A DNA stretch of 49,136 bases from a virus, in IMG/VR virus record IMGVR_UViG_3300020074_000032; one strand, given 5' to 3'. Within the stretch, counting starts at the first letter, position 1; each line of letters starts with the position of its first letter. The notes beneath the pieces were generated by a model. The model had not been told where the DNA came from. It worked only from the letters and a program-made list of their open reading frames with translations, and ran no database searches. A program made the translations under genes and the position numbers. Positions 45,519 to 49,136 of the stretch are shown here, one piece after another.

Positions 45519-46172
45519 ATGAAAAATCAAGACATTAAAAGTCTAGAAAATGCTGAAGAATCTTTAGTTTTTCCTGGTCATTTTGGTAGATCTATTAATA
45601 ATATTAAAATACTTAAAAATTTTGTTGAATTAGAAGACTTAAAAACAATACAAAATTTTCTTCCAACCATAAATGAATGGATGGATCCAGGAGAAAATCA
45701 ATACGCAGAAGACGGAACTTGCACTTATGACGCATCCTACTGGGCAAATCGCCAATGTAGTTATGACATTTTATCAAGGATAAATCTTGATATTTATAAT
45801 TTAATTGATAAATATATTATAAAAATGCAGTGGTTTTTAGAAGATGAATTTAAGGTAAAATTAACTACTCGTCCACCAGTTATAATTAGATGGTTTCCAG
45901 GAACTGAACAGCAGCCTCATGCTGATAAGCAATTGAACGATGGGTCTCCAAATCCCTTTCCCACCTACGATATTAACTCCTTGCTTTATTACAATGATAA
46001 TTTTGAAGGTGGCGAATTGTATTATCCTCAGCATGATTTGACTATAAGGCCGCAACCTGGATTGGCTGTTGCTCATCCAGGCGATATTCATTACTTGCAT
46101 GGTGTGAAAAAAATAATTAAAGGAGAAAGATATACAACTCCATCTTTTTATACAATAAGTGAATTATTGTGA
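45519..46172 (+). CDS. 2OG-Fe(II) oxygenase-like protein, 217 aa
   Basis: QQPHADKQL (HxD), LLYYNDNFEGGELYYPQ, HYLHGVKKIIKGERYTTPSF. Confidence 0.8.
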   Translation: MKNQDIKSLENAEESLVFPGHFGRSINNIKILKNFVELEDLKTIQNFLPTINEWMDPGENQYAEDGTCTYDASYWANRQCSYDILSRINLDIYNLIDKYIIKMQWFLEDEFKVKLTTRPPVIIRWFPGTEQQPHADKQLNDGSPNPFPTYDINSLLYYNDNFEGGELYYPQHDLTIRPQPGLAVAHPGDIHYLHGVKKIIKGERYTTPSFYTISELL

Positions 46173-46726
46173 TTCATAAAATTAAAAATGAACTGTACAA
46201 GATTAGTTCATTCTTGAATGACGATGAATTTACGCAGTTGAGTGCTTATATAAAACAGTCTCCGCTTTTAAGAAAAGAACCTATATACAACGAAAAAGAA
46301 GAAATATATTACCCAAGTGGAGAAGTTCTAACAACTTATTCCAGCTCATTCAACTTTGCCGATATATTTATTCCCAGGGCGGTGGCTGCAATAAGGGAGT
46401 CTTATAGCGTTGATGTGTATCGTGAGGAAGGTGTTGGTATTACTGTTTTTTTTCCGGGAGAAGGACTTCCTTATCACTGGGACGGCTCAACTCTTGATTT
46501 GAAAACGCCAACTGGACATCCGCGCCGCGACATAAGCAGTATTTTTTATCCTGGTTCTTCATTTTCTGGTGGTCGTTTATGCTTTAAAAACCTTGATTTG
46601 GTGATAGAACCAGAAGAAAATATGTTTATTACATTTCCTTCTTCAGAGCTTTATACTCATAAAGTTGAAATAGTCACATCTGGGATGAGATATGCGTGTT
46701 CAAGTTTTTGGGCAATAAAGTATTAG
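46169..46726 (+). CDS. 2OG-Fe(II) oxygenase-like protein, 185 aa
   Basis: LPYHWDGSTL (HxD), FYPGSSFSGGRLCF, YTHKVEIVTSGMRYACSSFW. Confidence 0.7.
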   Translation: MIHKIKNELYKISSFLNDDEFTQLSAYIKQSPLLRKEPIYNEKEEIYYPSGEVLTTYSSSFNFADIFIPRAVAAIRESYSVDVYREEGVGITVFFPGEGLPYHWDGSTLDLKTPTGHPRRDISSIFYPGSSFSGGRLCFKNLDLVIEPEENMFITFPSSELYTHKVEIVTSGMRYACSSFWAIKY

Positions 46727-46755
46727 TTTTAGAAAAATTTTTGACTAAACTTGTA

Positions 46756-47016
46756 TTACTCCTCTATGAAAATACATTCGCCAGGACAATCCTCAGCTGA
46801 TTGAATAACTTCGTCAAGCATCGTGTCGGGAAACTCGGTCGTTGCTATCATTTTTAATTTTGGCTCGCTTCCTTTCCCATCTGGGCCAAGCAAATTTGGC
46901 CAGCTGGGATCTTTCACGTAGGCAAGTCCATCCGAATGCATCATGAATACAGCCGGAGCGAGTTCCGTGCACAGGCCATCGCCAGTACATAAGTCTTGAT
47001 CAATCCATACTTTCAT
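46756..47016 (-). CDS. Ferredoxin of the single-cluster [3Fe-4S]/[4Fe-4S] type, 86 aa
   Basis: MKVWIDQDLCTGDGLCTELAPAVFMMHSDGLAYV...AEDCPGECIFIEE; C-x5-C ... CP pattern common in actinobacterial P450-type ferredoxins. Confidence 0.8.
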   Translation of the reverse strand: MKVWIDQDLCTGDGLCTELAPAVFMMHSDGLAYVKDPSWPNLLGPDGKGSEPKLKMIATTEFPDTMLDEVIQSAEDCPGECIFIEE

Positions 47017-47021
47017 GAAGA

Positions 47022-47453
47022 TTAGTCTTCATCATCCATATCTTCTTCGTCCATACCGACATCGACCAACCCATCTGGTATGGCCGCTAGACGACAGCGT
47101 CCGCCTGGTTCTATCTTTTGTTTAATAATTTTACATACCGATTCCGACTCATGAAGTACACAGTTCTCGCAGCGCACGCCTATGTCGTAGTCGTCGTTCT
47201 CCGCTTTAGAAACATATCCAACCCATATTCCGTTGTTGTCCATATCAGAAAGCTTTCCATACTTTTGGGCAATCGACAATAAACTGTTAGCAAATTCTCT
47301 CTCGGCGGCGGACATTCTAACCCTGTCCATATCCGATACGTCGCAGCACGGCATGGATTTTGAGGATCCCTTTTTAGCGGCTTCACTAATGTTCTTAGCT
47401 ATGCTTTTTTGATAGTTTATATCTGATAGCCAATTATTAGACATAGGTTTCAA
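47022..47453 (-). CDS. Small Cys-containing protein, 143 aa
   Basis: YGKLSDMDNNGIWVGYVSKAENDDYDIGVRCENCVLHESESVCKIIKQKIEPGGRCRLAAIP, similar in style to small Cys-rich proteins beside actinophage virion genes. Confidence 0.5.
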   Translation of the reverse strand: MKPMSNNWLSDINYQKSIAKNISEAAKKGSSKSMPCCDVSDMDRVRMSAAEREFANSLLSIAQKYGKLSDMDNNGIWVGYVSKAENDDYDIGVRCENCVLHESESVCKIIKQKIEPGGRCRLAAIPDGLVDVGMDEEDMDDED

Positions 47454-47458
47454 TCTTA

Positions 47459-47948
47459 TTATTTAAAAATTGGTGGGAAGAACGGCGGGAAGAATGGCGG
47501 GAAGAATGGCGGGAAGAATGGTGGGAAAAAGGGTGGAAAGAATGGCGGGAAGAATGGTGGAAACCATGGCGGAAAGTATGGTGGAAAGAATGGTGGAAAG
47601 AATGGTGGAAAGAATGGCGGGAAGAATGGCGGGAAGTACGGTGGGAAAAATGGTGGAAAAAACGGAGGAAAGAATGGTGGAAAGAACGGTGGAAAATATG
47701 GTGGGAAAAAAGGACTTTTTCTAGTATAATCCAAACTTGTTCCCAATGGTAGTACCGTGCCTGCTGTAAGGTTTTGTGCGGTAACATCATTTTCTTCTGC
47801 CGGAACTGCAGTACTTACATCGGTAACAGTACCTACAGCAAAACCTGCTGTAGTTATTGTGGTGTTTGCTGTTGAAGATTTAGACCCGAACTACATTTGG
47901 GATTGAGTTTTTTCTTACTCCTGATTCATCACCTGTTATGTTACTCAT
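47459..47948 (-). CDS. PASTA-like domain protein with FPPF/FPPY tetrapeptide-repeat tail, 162 aa, after a +1 shift at CGG 47886-47888
   Basis: TAAATG overlap with the fibre stop; MSNITGDESGVRKNSIPNVV-CGGG-SKSSTANTTITTAGFAVGTVTDVSTAVPAEENDVTAQNLTAGTVLPLGTSLDYTRKSPFFPPYFPP... Confidence 0.65.
47471..47712 (-). repeat. 12-nt tandem repeat encoding FPPF/FPPY/FPPW units
   Basis: About 20 degenerate copies of a 12-mer (plus strand GGCGGGAAGAAT-like). Confidence 0.85.
47886..47888 (-). other. In-frame CGG frame-change site 13 (GTA GTT CGG G | TCT AAA)
   Basis: Zero frame ends CGG GTC TAA; +1 enters PASTA-like/FPPF ORF. Confidence 0.85.
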
Positions 47949-49136
47949 TTATGCTGCCAAGTCTCCTAGTGCTACCCAGGTATTTGCCGCTCTTTTAACA
48001 AGAGTGGCAGAAGACCACTGAGCGCGAAGTTTTAATCCTGGTGTTGCATTTACAGTTACCCCAACAGCTCCTGCCAAAGTTACTTGGCCTGTATTTGTTT
48101 GTAAGATTCTTACTTCTGATCCAACTGGATAATCTACTGTATTATCAGCAGGGACTGTTAGTGTTAGTCCGCTAGTAGCACTCATTTCTACTATTTTATT
48201 TTTGTCCGATCTAATCAACGTATAACTAGCTGTCTGCTGATTAAATAGCGTGCGACTGCTAAGTAAATCGTAATTAGTACCGTCCTCTGTGATCTCCCAA
48301 AGATCTGATGTTTCATTCCAACGAATGTCAACATCGGTACTTGTGCCTCGTTCAACAGTGACTCCGGCGTTTTCTGTTGGCGCACCAGTAACGTCGCTGT
48401 TTAGTACAATTTGATTATCTGCAATATTTAAAGTCGCAGTGTTGATAGTTGTGGTTGTCCCAGAAACAGTTAGGTTGCCTGATATGGTAACAGTTGGACT
48501 ATTTAATGTTATAGTTCCGCCGTTTGCTGATCCAATGTTAATATTGGTCGTTGACGAAACAGCTCCATTAGTTCCAAGGTTAAGAATTTTTGTAGTAGAG
48601 GCTCCTGTTGCTCCAGTGCCAATATTGTAAGTAGATTCGCCTGTGGAAGCTGACCCCAGGTTAAGAACTTGAGCTCCTGTTGCAGTATTCGCGATATTAA
48701 TAGCCGTAGCTGCGCCAGCTATGTGAAATGTTGTAGCTGCGTTTGCGAAGTTAACGGTAGTTGCTGTTGAGGTAAATAAATCAACAGAAGAAGATCCTGT
48801 AGTTATGGATGTATTTATAACTGGAGACGTAAGAGTCTTACTTGTAAGCGTATCCGTTGAGGAACTTGTAACTATGTTAGCGTAGGTTGTGCCATCGTTA
48901 GTTAATTCCCATCTATCGCTAGACTCATTCCAGCGAAGTGCGACGTTTGTAACATCGCCACGCTCAACTTCAATGCCTGCGTTTTCGGTTGGTTCGCTAG
49001 CCGAGTTATTGTTAAGAACAATGATGTTGTCATTAATTGTAACAGTCTCGGTGTTGACGGTGGTCGTGGTCCCCGAGACGGTCAGGTTGCCCGTGACCGT
49101 CAGGTTGTCGTCGACGGTGACGGTTCCGCCAGCCGA
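47949..49136 (-). CDS. Tail fibre-like protein, N-terminus beyond window
   Basis: Frame is open from 49136 to TAA at 47949; two modules LTVSGTTTTVNTETVTINDNIIVLNNNSASEPTENAGIEVERGDVTNVALRWNESSDRWELTNDGTTYANI and LTVSGTTTTINTATLNIADNQIVLNSDVTGAPTENAGVTVERGTSTDVDIRWNETSDLWEITEDGTNYD. Confidence 0.8.
   Translation of the reverse strand, partial: SAGGTVTVDDNLTVTGNLTVSGTTTTVNTETVTINDNIIVLNNNSASEPTENAGIEVERGDVTNVALRWNESSDRWELTNDGTTYANIVTSSSTDTLTSKTLTSPVINTSITTGSSSVDLFTSTATTVNFANAATTFHIAGAATAINIANTATGAQVLNLGSASTGESTYNIGTGATGASTTKILNLGTNGAVSSTTNINIGSANGGTITLNSPTVTISGNLTVSGTTTTINTATLNIADNQIVLNSDVTGAPTENAGVTVERGTSTDVDIRWNETSDLWEITEDGTNYDLLSSRTLFNQQTASYTLIRSDKNKIVEMSATSGLTLTVPADNTVDYPVGSEVRILQTNTGQVTLAGAVGVTVNATPGLKLRAQWSSATLVKRAANTWVALGDLAA

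Noticed and set aside
47471-47712. 12-nt tandem repeat as a CRISPR-like or regulatory array
   Set aside because: Contiguous units without spacers, clearly coding for FPPF-type tetrapeptides.
47437-47790. Plus-strand 117-aa (Ser/His/Arg repeat) and 84-aa ORFs over the 12-nt repeat
   Set aside because: By-products of the tandem repeat; the minus-strand frame has a start coupled to the fibre stop and a PASTA-like domain.
1255-47888. The frame breaks as ordinary sequencing or assembly indels
   Set aside because: A homopolymer T5 near 15310 first suggested an insertion error, but all 13 breaks coincide with an in-phase CGG and all are +1, while many out-of-phase CGGs are undisturbed. Raw reads should still be inspected.
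1-49136. CRISPR arrays, tRNA or rRNA genes, integrase/transposase
   Set aside because: None recognised by eye. A suppressor-type tRNA explaining the CGG rule is therefore expected elsewhere in the phage or in the host, not in this window.

Overview
The window is a densely packed, AT-rich, almost entirely minus-strand structural module of a contractile-tailed (myovirus-like) phage. In order of transcription it contains: a tail fibre (cut by the right edge), a PASTA-like protein with FPPF repeats, a small Cys-rich protein, a 3Fe-4S-type ferredoxin, nine 2OG-Fe(II) oxygenase-like genes mixed with sulfotransferase-like, glutathione-peroxidase-like and DUF6065-like genes, then connector, sheath-like, tube-like, tail-chaperone-like, tape-measure-like and giant hub/baseplate genes, and an M15-peptidase-like gene cut by the left edge. 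MAIN FINDING: reading frames in this window break repeatedly, and each of the 13 breaks I could reconstruct is at an in-frame CGG codon and is repaired by a +1 shift (CGGN read as one unit, or C skipped). In roughly 100 other CCG/CGG triplets I checked by eye inside long ORFs, none was in the CGG codon phase and none was associated with a frame change. Phase dependence argues against an ordinary sequencing-error motif and for translational recoding: CGG seems to act as an obligatory +1 frameshift or quadruplet codon. With this rule the four largest virion genes become 1788, 2079, 1828 (five sites) and 2237 aa products, a split dioxygenase is restored, and an unlisted 85-aa gene appears in an apparent 42.9-43.2 kb gap. 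All domain names are from motif reading only; no database search was run.
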